NCBI GenBank assembly: GCA_036379695.1
Contig: DASVGE010000019.1
Location: 976 to 64,975 of the forward strand
DNA from: Pyrinomonadaceae bacterium
GTDB taxonomy: Bacteria > Acidobacteriota > Blastocatellia > Pyrinomonadales > Pyrinomonadaceae
Direction: 5' to 3'
DNA length: 64,000 bases
Each line of letters starts with the position of its first letter. The first letter of the stretch is position 1. The notes below the pieces were generated by a model. That model made no database searches and was not told the origin of the DNA. It was given only the letters and a program-made list of their open reading frames with translations. Below, one piece after another: positions 1 to 8,894 of this stretch. A program made the translations under genes and the position numbers.

Positions 1-2
1 GG

Positions 3-443
3 ATGACTGTAGCTGATAATCCTGTTGCGGGGATTGTTCCAAATACGCCGCCTCTGCTTATAGCCCAAGGCTCAGCCGATACAAAACTTAACGGTCGCAG
101 TCAGCGTTCGGATGGCTCTAGTGGGGTATTAAGTCCTATTCAAAGCGATGGGACAGTAAACTTCACAATTGCGACTACTGCCCGTAACGGCGTTGACACT
201 CTAGCTGGAATCAACATAATGGGGGAGATCAAGATTCAACTCAATCTGAGCGTAAACACCAATACAGGACAGGTCGGAATAGCAGAAGGCAGTTCAGCAA
301 CCGCTTACCCTTCAATCGCTGTTTATTCCTATGTTTACGAGGGGGACAAAATCGTTTCTCAGGAAATCTGGAAACGGTCTGAAGCTTCTCCCTCTGATTT
401 GGACAACCCAATGCAACCTATTCCTGAAGTGACTCCGAGGTAA
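3..443 (+). CDS. Hypothetical protein, C-terminal fragment (gene begins upstream of the window)
   Basis: The frame is open to the left edge. The sequence is Ser/Thr/Gly/Asn-rich and beta-looking, with no motif I can name. The next ORF starts 9 nt after its stop. The block is visibly AT-richer than the rest of the window. Confidence 0.45.
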   Translation: MTVADNPVAGIVPNTPPLLIAQGSADTKLNGRSQRSDGSSGVLSPIQSDGTVNFTIATTARNGVDTLAGINIMGEIKIQLNLSVNTNTGQVGIAEGSSATAYPSIAVYSYVYEGDKIVSQEIWKRSEASPSDLDNPMQPIPEVTPR

Positions 444-451
444 CCCACACA

Positions 452-877
452 ATGTTTAGCGAATTCTTCACCGCTCTTAAAGTGGTTGCGATCCTCATCG
501 TCGCCTCATTATTTTTCGGATGCCCGACGAATAATTTACGAAGATCTGAGATGCGTCCAATTGGACCAGACGTCGAGGCTCACCTGCTGATCTACTTTAG
601 AAATCCTGTTACGCGAGAGCAAATCAACACCTTCTCAAAGGACGTGCTGTCGAGACCTCACCCAAGTGGTCGAGGTGACTCACTCCCGCCTGGAGTTGAA
701 GCCTTCCTGCGAATTTATCCTCCGGTCCAGGGACATGAAGGCATTGCAATAAAGTTTGAGCCAAAAGCAAGTGAAGCGCAGCGCAGGAAACTCTTGAACT
801 CTATCAAAGAGGCGCCCATAGTTTATCGAGTCTTGGAAAACAGAGCGCCAAATAGCGTTAAAAGTCTCGAACCATGA
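452..877 (+). CDS. Hypothetical lipoprotein
   Basis: 141 aa. N-terminal hydrophobic helix ends in a lipobox-like LFFGC. Tightly packed behind the upstream ORF. No catalytic motif recognised. Confidence 0.55.
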   Translation: MFSEFFTALKVVAILIVASLFFGCPTNNLRRSEMRPIGPDVEAHLLIYFRNPVTREQINTFSKDVLSRPHPSGRGDSLPPGVEAFLRIYPPVQGHEGIAIKFEPKASEAQRRKLLNSIKEAPIVYRVLENRAPNSVKSLEP

Positions 878-1656
878 TGAAAGCAAAAGAGAAACTCCTC
901 TCAATCATGGTTTACGCCGCTTTAGGTCCTATTTTGTTGGCCTTGCTACTCCCGACAGGCTGCACCCCTCGAACCGAATCGCGGAATGTTCAAGTGAGCG
1001 GTCTGACACCAGGAGGTCAGCAGCAATCGAGTGTCGAGCTGCTTGGCCAGGTCCAGCGCTTTGCTGCCGACGATGAGGGATCGGCTCGTGCCTGGCAAGA
1101 TCTTCTGAAGCGAAATCGCCAAAACCTTATCAATGATCTTAATGGTATCGTGGTGACATTGGACCCCGATGATCGTAATAGGGTTTTGATCGCATTTACG
1201 TTATGTCGACTGAATCACGAGTATCACGCTAATCGGAAGATAGTACTTTCCGCGCTGTCTAAAAATCAGCCTTATAAAGATTTCGGCGGTGACTGGGCAG
1301 TTTATCTGGTTGCGAAATTAATGATGCAAGGTGACAAGGAGCTTTTGGAACCTCTTTTTTCTGCTGCAGCCTGGACCGATGGCGCAATGTCCTACGAATT
1401 GGCAGCTGCCTATTCTCAGGCACTTGTTGCTGATCCCGACGCCTTTTTGCGCAAACTGATAGTCCAGCCCAAATCGATTCGCACGGACGTGATCAGCATG
1501 TTTGAAGATCACACACTTACTCCAGAAGAGAAACGGAAAGTTAAGATCCACCTCTCAAGTATTCCACGGAATTCCGAACTCCATTCACTGATGACGGCCA
1601 TCCTGGTGTCAATTGACGGAAGGACTGAACGCAGTAACGGTAGTGGCATCAACTAA
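874..1656 (+). CDS. Hypothetical lipoprotein (helical)
   Basis: 260 aa. Signal peptide with lipobox LLPTGC. The start overlaps the upstream stop (ATGA at 874-877), which suggests translational coupling. No named domain recognised. Confidence 0.6.
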   Translation: MMKAKEKLLSIMVYAALGPILLALLLPTGCTPRTESRNVQVSGLTPGGQQQSSVELLGQVQRFAADDEGSARAWQDLLKRNRQNLINDLNGIVVTLDPDDRNRVLIAFTLCRLNHEYHANRKIVLSALSKNQPYKDFGGDWAVYLVAKLMMQGDKELLEPLFSAAAWTDGAMSYELAAAYSQALVADPDAFLRKLIVQPKSIRTDVISMFEDHTLTPEEKRKVKIHLSSIPRNSELHSLMTAILVSIDGRTERSNGSGIN

Positions 1657-1669
1657 CTCACTTATACAA

Positions 1670-2305
1670 ATGAAGACGAGTGACATGAAACGTTTAAGCG
1701 CTGCCTTCCGGCAGCGGAAACTAATATCAACTGCTGCAACACTGGCAATAATTGTTTCCTGTTTGATTTGCGTCAACGCGCCCAATGCGATGCACAGTCA
1801 GGATTCGGATGTGGTGCGAATAAACAGTTGGAAAAAGGGAAAGACAAGAATCAACGAGAAGGTGTTTACCTTGACATTAGCAAGCGAGACACCTGAATAC
1901 GAATTCGACTTCTATAGCATACCGAGCCCGGAGAAACACTTTAGGACGCACTTTAGACGAGCGAGCTTAAATACCATAAGAAACTCAAGTTTGAAATGCT
2001 GGGCTGCTGATCTAAGAGAGGTCTCAAAGGACGTGGCCGGTGTCAATGTGTTAGGGCCAAATCTTCTCAGCGTTGAAGGCCCTGGCGTTAGAGATAACTT
2101 TCCAAGAGAGGAATGGGGAGCGGTATTTTGTCCGATAGATGAGCCAAACCGAGTTCTTGATGGCCTGATTTATCCGATGAGGACAAAAAGAAACTTTTAT
2201 ATTGAAGAATTTGTTATCGAGTTTCACGTGACGGGCTATCAGTCAGACAGGAATCGTAATCAATTTGGCAACATGCAAGTAAAAATCTCGCTTTCCAATA
2301 GATAG
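1670..2305 (+). CDS. Hypothetical membrane-anchored or secreted protein
   Basis: The ORF-track frame is 1613..2305. I prefer the ATG at 1670, 13 nt after the upstream stop. A basic N-terminus is followed by a hydrophobic anchor (LISTAATLAIIVSCLICV). No domain recognised. Confidence 0.5.
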   Translation: MKTSDMKRLSAAFRQRKLISTAATLAIIVSCLICVNAPNAMHSQDSDVVRINSWKKGKTRINEKVFTLTLASETPEYEFDFYSIPSPEKHFRTHFRRASLNTIRNSSLKCWAADLREVSKDVAGVNVLGPNLLSVEGPGVRDNFPREEWGAVFCPIDEPNRVLDGLIYPMRTKRNFYIEEFVIEFHVTGYQSDRNRNQFGNMQVKISLSNR

Positions 2306-2504
2306 TTCCCCTGGTGAACATGAGTGTGCTTCCAGGCAGAGAAATCAAATCGCTAACGTCTGTTGAGTAGTTATGTTGTTTGCCCTCCTCAGTTAACATC
2401 TGACTTGCATTCCCTTATCCCCGGCGTTAACATGCAAGCCATAAATAGGGCAAAAGAGTGGCTTTTTCCTTAACCTTCATATTAATCATTGGGCGGAGGT
2501 ACAA

Positions 2505-2723
2505 ATGAAAAGCCTGAAGGATATTCTCGCGATAGTGGTGGGAATTGTAGCCGCCATCGGCGCGATCTATTACTTTTACCGGTTTGTGACCGACCCGAAT
2601 CCGGCCGGGGGGCATACATCGGGATGGATCGCACTCGGGCTGGCCGCAGTGGCCTTTGTTTGTGGTCTGATATACTTCCTGGGCCACGTGAACAAAGAAG
2701 AAGAGATTCATATAACTCAATAG
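2505..2723 (+). CDS. Small two-helix membrane protein
   Basis: 72 aa with two clear hydrophobic helices. GGAGG lies 5 nt upstream of the ATG. Confidence 0.55.
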   Translation: MKSLKDILAIVVGIVAAIGAIYYFYRFVTDPNPAGGHTSGWIALGLAAVAFVCGLIYFLGHVNKEEEIHITQ

Positions 2724-2883
2724 CGCGCTGCTTTGTTCGTAGCGGCAACTCGACTGACGCCGCCGGATAAACTGCGCCTGCTAACCCGACACCATATTGG
2801 ACGCCGTTTGTGCACAAACCAGAGCGGCTTTACGTGCGCAGACGGCGCTCGTTTTTGTAACGTAAAGGAGAGACTCAGCAGAA

Positions 2884-3249
2884 ATGTTTCCACTCCTCAT
2901 CTTGCTACTACAACAACAGCTTCGAGCGACGCAGCCGACTTTCTTTGTCCTCGTTGTATTGCTGCTGTTGATTGGCGGAGGCGTTGGATGGTTGATCGCA
3001 GCCGTACTCGGTTTCGCCAGATCGCCCGCTTTCGGACCGTCGGCCCGGTGGTTTTCATACGCCGCGGTGTGCCTCATCATTTATCACCTTCACTTCCTGG
3101 TCTTCGGCGTGTTTGTGTTTCTGGGAATGAGTCAAAACTCGGTTGACCTCTCGATGGCTCTCGGAGTCGGCGCATTCTTCAACCTGTTTGTTGTCCTGGG
3201 CGCCATTTGTGCGATTATGGGTTTTGTCCGGATGACGGACCCCAGATAG
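2884..3249 (+). CDS. Small polytopic membrane protein (about 4 TM)
   Basis: 121 aa with four hydrophobic segments. The competing overlapping frames (2733..3146 and 2781..3080) look like GC-driven artefacts. Confidence 0.5.
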   Translation: MFPLLILLLQQQLRATQPTFFVLVVLLLLIGGGVGWLIAAVLGFARSPAFGPSARWFSYAAVCLIIYHLHFLVFGVFVFLGMSQNSVDLSMALGVGAFFNLFVVLGAICAIMGFVRMTDPR

Positions 3250-3264
3250 ACGAGTCGTATTTCG

Positions 3265-5067
3265 TTGATGAATAGAAAACTGATTGTGGTCGCCGCGCTG
3301 CTCCTCGTCGGAAGCGCGGCGGTTCTGTATTTAGTAGCTTCGCCAAACGTTGCAACCAACGGTGCGAATGACCGCTTCGTGCGGCAACGTGGCGGGCGTT
3401 TTTTCGTTGGACAGAAACCGTTCCGGTTTGTCGGTGCGAATGTGGCACTGATGTATCGCGACGAAGACCGCGCGCGCATGCCCGAGACGATGCGCCAGGC
3501 AGCGCAAGCAGGAATCAAGGTTGTGCGCGTTTGGGCGTTTGGCGAAGGCGGCCCGAACGACGTCAGGCCGATGGCCGACTTTGAAGACTGGCCGCGACAT
3601 CACTCCTTTCGAATCGCGCCCGGACAGTGGAACGAAGACGCGTTCGTACATCTCGACAAAGTGATCGCCGAAGCCGCGAAGAACAACATCTACGTGCAAC
3701 TGTGTTTGACAAACTGGTGGCGCGACACAGGCGGCGTGACGCAATACCTGCGCTGGGCGGGCATCAACGATGCTGCCGACGACAGTTACAAGTTCGGTAT
3801 CAATAACGAAAAGGCGATCCTCTTTTACACAAACCCGGAAACACGTCGTCTCTATCGCGAGCACATCGAAAAACTCGCCACGCGAAGAAACACAGTCACC
3901 GGCGTCATGTATCGTGACGATCCAACTATCTTCGGTTGGGAGTTGATGAACGAAGCACAGGTAATCACAGGGCGCTGGGCTGAACGGCGTGCATGGTTTG
4001 CGGAGATGAGTGCGTACCTGAAATCGCTCGATCCAAACCACCTGATCGCGCCGGGCGCCTGGGGTTATCGCTCGTCGTCCGAACGTCGCGAATGGCTGGC
4101 GGATCATGCGATTCCAACGATCGACTATTGCGACGTTCACAATTATCCACGCGACGATCACGACAGCTTTGTCGATTCGCCGCAGGCGTTGAAGGAGTTT
4201 ATCGAGAACCGCGCCGCAGCGGCGTTCTCGATCAAAAAGCCGCTGGTGTTGGGCGAGTTTGGCATGGGTGTGGAGGGTTACAAGGGCGCGTCACAAGTCG
4301 AGTGGTACAAAGCATTCTTCGACGGCAACGCGCGTGCAGGCGCAGCGGGTGCGATGTTCTGGATCCTCACGCCCGACGCGCGCAGAGGCTATGGCGTCAC
4401 CTATTCAACACCGCGCGACCATGATCTGTTGAACGAGATCGCACGCGCATCGCAAATGTTTGCGACACTGCAATCGGCGGAACTGCCGCAGCACTTGCAA
4501 GACAGCGAAGAACATCTCATACCGCGACAGTTTGCGTGGATTCGGTCTGCTGGAGACGACTCAGCGTTGCCGCAGATGACTGTGAGGGACGACAAGTCGA
4601 TCCTTTATCAGTTCAGACCGCAGACGGCGAGTGCTCAGCGATTCGAGAAGATTGGCGAAGGCGCGGGTTACGTTTGGGGATCCGGATCGGGCTATCTCGA
4701 ATACACCGTGCCGGAACGCGCGGATCGCCGGCAGGTGAGTGAGATCATCGTCCGCGCGCACGTTCAGCCGGTCTTGCCTATCGACTCCCCACCGGGTTTC
4801 GTTAAGACGCGAGTGACCCTTTTCGTCGATGGTTGGAATGGCGGTTCGCGTTTAATTCCGGTCGAGGCGAAAGGAGAGACGCTGGTCCAGGAGTGGCGCC
4901 TGACAGGCTTGTTCCTCCGCCTCCGCGCCATGCGTGGCTTACCGCTGAAAATCCGTTTCGCCGTCACCCCCGAATCGGATTGGCTCTACGGCGTAAACAT
5001 CTCAAACTGGCCCGAGGGCTACGACTCCAAAGACGCGAAACCCGTCGAAGTCGAGTTACGGCATTGA
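3265..5067 (+). CDS. Glycoside hydrolase family 5 (mannanase/cellulase-like) with C-terminal extension
   Basis: 600 aa with an N-terminal signal anchor. Clan GH-A/GH5 hallmarks are present: FRFVGANV, VVRVWAF, acid/base GWELMNEA and nucleophile LGEFG. The last ~200 aa are a beta-rich domain of unknown type. Confidence 0.85.
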   Translation: MMNRKLIVVAALLLVGSAAVLYLVASPNVATNGANDRFVRQRGGRFFVGQKPFRFVGANVALMYRDEDRARMPETMRQAAQAGIKVVRVWAFGEGGPNDVRPMADFEDWPRHHSFRIAPGQWNEDAFVHLDKVIAEAAKNNIYVQLCLTNWWRDTGGVTQYLRWAGINDAADDSYKFGINNEKAILFYTNPETRRLYREHIEKLATRRNTVTGVMYRDDPTIFGWELMNEAQVITGRWAERRAWFAEMSAYLKSLDPNHLIAPGAWGYRSSSERREWLADHAIPTIDYCDVHNYPRDDHDSFVDSPQALKEFIENRAAAAFSIKKPLVLGEFGMGVEGYKGASQVEWYKAFFDGNARAGAAGAMFWILTPDARRGYGVTYSTPRDHDLLNEIARASQMFATLQSAELPQHLQDSEEHLIPRQFAWIRSAGDDSALPQMTVRDDKSILYQFRPQTASAQRFEKIGEGAGYVWGSGSGYLEYTVPERADRRQVSEIIVRAHVQPVLPIDSPPGFVKTRVTLFVDGWNGGSRLIPVEAKGETLVQEWRLTGLFLRLRAMRGLPLKIRFAVTPESDWLYGVNISNWPEGYDSKDAKPVEVELRH

Positions 5068-5071
5068 CGCC

Positions 5072-5392
5072 TTAAGGGCCCACACGAACTACCTGGCCCG
5101 CTTGAATGGTCGGCAAAATCTTCGCCACAGTCGGCATTAATCGAGCGGTATCAATCAGACGCGTGCTCCGAGCTTCCAAAACTATTACTGCTATTTGGAA
5201 GTTTGTCAGGTTCTGTTGAAAACTAAGGTTTGTGTCTCCCGTCAAGAAAACATCAAACTCGTGCTGCGCTTTTTCCAGGAGCACACCGTTAGTAAGACCA
5301 TTCCATTTCATTTGAGGTACTGAGATGCAGTGATGCTCCGCGAGAGCGCGACACAAGCGCCAATCAAGGCATTCGTCAATGAGGATTCGCAT
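5072..5392 (-). CDS. DUF5615-like PIN/Mut7-C-type putative toxin
   Basis: 106 aa. The MRILIDECL...FLTGDTNL pattern is typical of DUF5615 proteins that pair with DUF433. It lies 14 nt downstream of its partner. Confidence 0.75.
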   Translation of the reverse strand: MRILIDECLDWRLCRALAEHHCISVPQMKWNGLTNGVLLEKAQHEFDVFLTGDTNLSFQQNLTNFQIAVIVLEARSTRLIDTARLMPTVAKILPTIQAGQVVRVGP

Positions 5393-5406
5393 TGTGAGGT
5401 TAACGG

Positions 5407-5628
5407 TTAAACGGTTTCCGGCATCTTGAGTTTGCCAGCTTCAATCACTGCAATAGCTTGCTCGCGCTTTACAGTTGGAAAAGCTTTAAGAAAGTCCTCA
5501 ACGGATTCACTACCCTCCAAACAATCGATGAGGTTTTGTAAGGGCACGCGAGTACCAACAAACACTGGTGTACCGCCCATAATCCTTGGATCAGAGTGTA
5601 CTATTCCTTTGAGGCTTTCCAAGTTCAT
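5407..5628 (-). CDS. DUF433 domain protein (putative antitoxin)
   Basis: 73 aa. The IMGGTPVFVGTRVP core is characteristic of DUF433. Confidence 0.8.
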   Translation of the reverse strand: MNLESLKGIVHSDPRIMGGTPVFVGTRVPLQNLIDCLEGSESVEDFLKAFPTVKREQAIAVIEAGKLKMPETV

Positions 5629-5705
5629 CCACGCGAAAATATATCACAGTAATTAATTAGTGAGGCAGGCCCGTGGAAGTTTGGGTAGTGCCCTGGTTCA
5701 CTTTT

Positions 5706-5758
5706 TTATCCACAGATTACACAGATTAATTAATAAAATCTGTGCAATCTGCGGATAA
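5706..5758. repeat. Intergenic palindromic element, type A
   Basis: Left arm ATCCACAGATTACACAGATT (5708-5727), AT-rich 9-nt loop, right arm AATCTGTGCAATCTGCGGAT (5737-5756), with 2 mismatches. The left head reads TTATCCACA (5706-5714). Confidence 0.9.
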
Positions 5759-5772
5759 GAACCTCAAATAGG

Positions 5773-7497
5773 TCACCACCGAGTTTGAGTGAGGATGGTA
5801 AGCGAACTGTGATCCAGTTTGTAAACTTTCGCTGAAGGAACGGAGTCGAGTTTCAATTCCGCGACTGGTGTGGCGTGATTGTTTAGGGCGGAGATGATGG
5901 CGTCGTTGCTGAAGTAACGACGGCCGCGTGCGACGATTACGAAATCGTCCACCTCGAGTTGTTTCACCGCGTCGGGATCGGAGAGCGATATGCAGATGAG
6001 ATCCGGGCGTTGGGCACGTTCCGCATAGTAGGACGCTAACGAGGGGCTCTCGCTGGCGACGCGAGCACCGGTTCGTGCGCGGGTGGCGATCTCCGCCATC
6101 ACGTCGCGCATGCTCGCGTCGTAGAATTCATCGTGCGGGAAGTAATAACCAGCCCACTGTGTGCCGCCGCCAAGAGAATTTGTAAAGAGACGGAAATGCG
6201 GCGCCGCCTGCACGGAACTGACGACTGAACAAGCAATGACAATCACTGCCAGACTGGCGGGCACGTAATGTTTCAGATCGAAACCCGCAATTCGATTTGC
6301 CAGCCAGCGGCCGGTCCATTGAATCCCGATGGCGCTCGTGATCAGCACCGCGGGTAGCACGGTCGTGTAATAACGCGTGAACTTCCCACCGGGAAAAAAG
6401 AACGCAACCACCCACAACATGAACCAGAACAAAATGAAATAACGTCCATCGCCGAGCTTGCGCCGAAACAGCAACGGCAAACCCGCCAGAAATCCCAGCA
6501 CAGTTAACAGCGGCAGTTTGACGGCAGTGAAAACGAGATAAAAGTACGCTGGTATGCCGCGCAGCCAATCGTCAAAGCGCTGCGGGTAAAGCTGGTTCAT
6601 GAACTCGTAGCCGTCGTGACTGACGCGCTTCCCACCCGCAAACAAACCCATCTGCCGCCACGTCTCCGGCAGCAGCACTGTCGGACTCAGGATCAGAAAC
6701 ACCAGCCCCATGATCGCAAAGAACACTAGCAGCCGTTTCTTTCCCAGACGCCAGCGAGTTTCCGGCAACTGCTGAAACATCCAGTAATAACAGATGCTGA
6801 TCGCGAACAGGTGCGGCACGTACTTCGACGCCACCATTGCTCCGTAGCAAGCAGCGGTGGCCCAGTAGTACTTATTCGGATTGCGATCGGTGCTTTCGGC
6901 AACGCGCTGACCGCGCAACCAGAACACATTCGCCAGCAGGAAGAAGAAAAGTAAAAACGTATCTTCCTTTGCAACGCGGTTGAAGCCGATGGCAGACGGA
7001 TCGAAAGCCCACAATGCCGACGCAATCAGCGCAACTTCGACGCCAAACAATTCAGCAGCGATCAGAAAGATCAGCAGCGTACTCAATGCGCCAAAGATTG
7101 CGCCCGGCAATCGCAGCGCAGTTTCGGGAGCGATCCGGTTCGCCGGTCGCGCCGCAACAAACGAAGTGTTATTCCATTTCTCGGCGAGGATGATAGTGGC
7201 GGCCTGCAACCCTTTCATCAACATCGGGTGCTCGCCGTTCGTGCCGGTCAGACCACGAGCGCGATAATCAGCCACCGCGTTGAGCTTGTTTAATTCGTCT
7301 TCACCCAGACTTTCGGCGCTCAGGCCCGTTGCCCGAAAGCCAAAACCGGCCACGATCAGAACGACAAGAGCAGCAAATACGAGGGTTCTGCTGTTGGCTA
7401 AGACACCGCGACCGGCGAAGAGGTCAGGTCTCAATCCAGCAGTGATGATAACGTCAGCTCGTGCAGCCAAAATTCGGTTCCCCTTAGCAAAATGCAA
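5773..7497 (-). CDS. ArnT/PMT-like (GT39/GT83-type) lipid-carrier-dependent glycosyltransferase
   Basis: 574 aa. The first ~430 aa contain many TM helices, followed by a soluble C-terminal domain. This is the typical ArnT/PMT_2 architecture. Confidence 0.8.
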   Translation of the reverse strand: MHFAKGNRILAARADVIITAGLRPDLFAGRGVLANSRTLVFAALVVLIVAGFGFRATGLSAESLGEDELNKLNAVADYRARGLTGTNGEHPMLMKGLQAATIILAEKWNNTSFVAARPANRIAPETALRLPGAIFGALSTLLIFLIAAELFGVEVALIASALWAFDPSAIGFNRVAKEDTFLLFFFLLANVFWLRGQRVAESTDRNPNKYYWATAACYGAMVASKYVPHLFAISICYYWMFQQLPETRWRLGKKRLLVFFAIMGLVFLILSPTVLLPETWRQMGLFAGGKRVSHDGYEFMNQLYPQRFDDWLRGIPAYFYLVFTAVKLPLLTVLGFLAGLPLLFRRKLGDGRYFILFWFMLWVVAFFFPGGKFTRYYTTVLPAVLITSAIGIQWTGRWLANRIAGFDLKHYVPASLAVIVIACSVVSSVQAAPHFRLFTNSLGGGTQWAGYYFPHDEFYDASMRDVMAEIATRARTGARVASESPSLASYYAERAQRPDLICISLSDPDAVKQLEVDDFVIVARGRRYFSNDAIISALNNHATPVAELKLDSVPSAKVYKLDHSSLTILTQTRW

Positions 7498-7500
7498 AAG

Positions 7501-7571
7501 TTAACACGGATTAGACGGATAAAGAAAACGGATGAAGAATCCGGTTTTTAATCCGTGTAATCTGTGGCTAA
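7501..7571. repeat. Intergenic palindromic element, type B-like, imperfect, with nested inner hairpin
   Basis: Outer arms TTAACACGGATTAGACGGAT and AATCCGTGTAATCTGTGGCTAA surround an inner hairpin AAAACGGAT-GAAG-AATCCGGTTTT. Confidence 0.8.
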
Positions 7572-7583
7572 AATCGTCGGCCA

Positions 7584-8894
7584 ATGGACCAACCACAACT
7601 CGCACGCAGACTCGGACTCTTCGACGCCACCATGATCGTCATGGGTGGCATTATCGGCTCCGGGATTTTTATGAACCCGTCGGTAGTGGCGCTTCAGGTT
7701 CAGACTCCGTTTCTGATCCTCGGCGCGTGGGTGCTCGGCGGATTGTTCGCACTGATTGCTGCGTTTATCTGGGCTGAACTCGCTGCCCTGCGACCGGATG
7801 TTGGCGGCCAATATGCATACCTGCGGGAAGCGTTTCACCCCGGCCTGGCGTTTCTTTATGGCTGGGTGCTGCTGCTGGTGGTTCAAACCGGTGGCATGGC
7901 TGCTGTCGCGGTTACCTTCGCACGTTACTTTGTGGAGTTAACTCACCTGCCGATGTCTTCCACGCAACTGGCCGCAATCGTGCTCGCCACACTGACAGTC
8001 ATCAACTGTCTCGGCGTGCGCGCCGGCAGCACCGTGCAAAGCACCCTGATGGTGTTGAAGATTTTGGCGATCGCGATGTTGGTCGTGTGCGGGTTTTTAT
8101 TCGCCAGTCGCAGCGAGAATCCATCGGCGCTGCTTGATAGACCACCCTCACTCGATCTCTTAACAGCATTCGGCGCGGCACTGGTGCCGATTATCTTTTC
8201 GTATGGCGGCTGGCAAACGGCGACGTTTATCGCCGGCGAGATCAAGGAACCTCGCAGGAACCTGCCACGCGGTTTGATATTGGGAGTCACGGGCGTCGTT
8301 GTGCTTTATCTCGCCGCAAACGTGATCTACGTAAGCGTGCTCGGAACCGCAGGACTGGCGGCGTCGTCTGCGCCTGCTTCAGACGTGATGCGTCGCGCGC
8401 TGGGAGACTTTGGCGCGCGCATGATCGCCGCGGGAATCGCGATCTCGACGGCGGGTTTCCTGAGTCAAAGCATGCTCACGGCGCCACGAGTTTACTTTGC
8501 GATGGCAAAGGACGGATTGTTCTTCAACCGAGTCGGCATGGTTCATCCGCGAACGCGAGCGCCAATCGTCGCGATCGCTCTACAGGGTCTGCTCGCGATT
8601 GTTATCGCCCTACTCGGAACTTACGAACGGATTCTCAACTACGTTGTTTCCGTGGATACGATCTTCTTCGGCCTGACCGCGTGCTGCATTTTCGTGTTTC
8701 GCAAACGAGAACCAGCGGCGAGTGTTAACAGAGTGCCCGGCCATCCGGTGACGACGATCTTGTTCATTGCCGTCTGCTGGCTGGTGGTGATTAATACCGT
8801 CTATCGTTATCCTGAAAACACATTAATCGGAATCGCGATCCTGCTCGCAGGCATTCCGGCATATCTTTTCTGGCGTTGGAGGAGTAACAGATGA
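7584..8894 (+). CDS. APC-superfamily amino acid permease
   Basis: 436 aa with about 12 TM helices. The N-terminal GGIIGSGIF motif is typical of amino acid/polyamine transporters. Confidence 0.9.
   Translation: MDQPQLARRLGLFDATMIVMGGIIGSGIFMNPSVVALQVQTPFLILGAWVLGGLFALIAAFIWAELAALRPDVGGQYAYLREAFHPGLAFLYGWVLLLVVQTGGMAAVAVTFARYFVELTHLPMSSTQLAAIVLATLTVINCLGVRAGSTVQSTLMVLKILAIAMLVVCGFLFASRSENPSALLDRPPSLDLLTAFGAALVPIIFSYGGWQTATFIAGEIKEPRRNLPRGLILGVTGVVVLYLAANVIYVSVLGTAGLAASSAPASDVMRRALGDFGARMIAAGIAISTAGFLSQSMLTAPRVYFAMAKDGLFFNRVGMVHPRTRAPIVAIALQGLLAIVIALLGTYERILNYVVSVDTIFFGLTACCIFVFRKREPAASVNRVPGHPVTTILFIAVCWLVVINTVYRYPENTLIGIAILLAGIPAYLFWRWRSNR

Noticed and set aside
3331-4161. 276-aa antisense ORF inside the GH5 gene. 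Similar long antisense or off-frame ORFs occur at 21080..21994, 22580..23323, 24283..25260, 47068..47778, 53692..54492, 55733..56173, 56962..57774 and 62376..62972.
   Set aside because: Each lies opposite to, or out of frame with, a gene that has clear family motifs. They are Arg/Ala/Gly-rich with no motifs. This is the expected stop-codon depletion in ~60% GC DNA.
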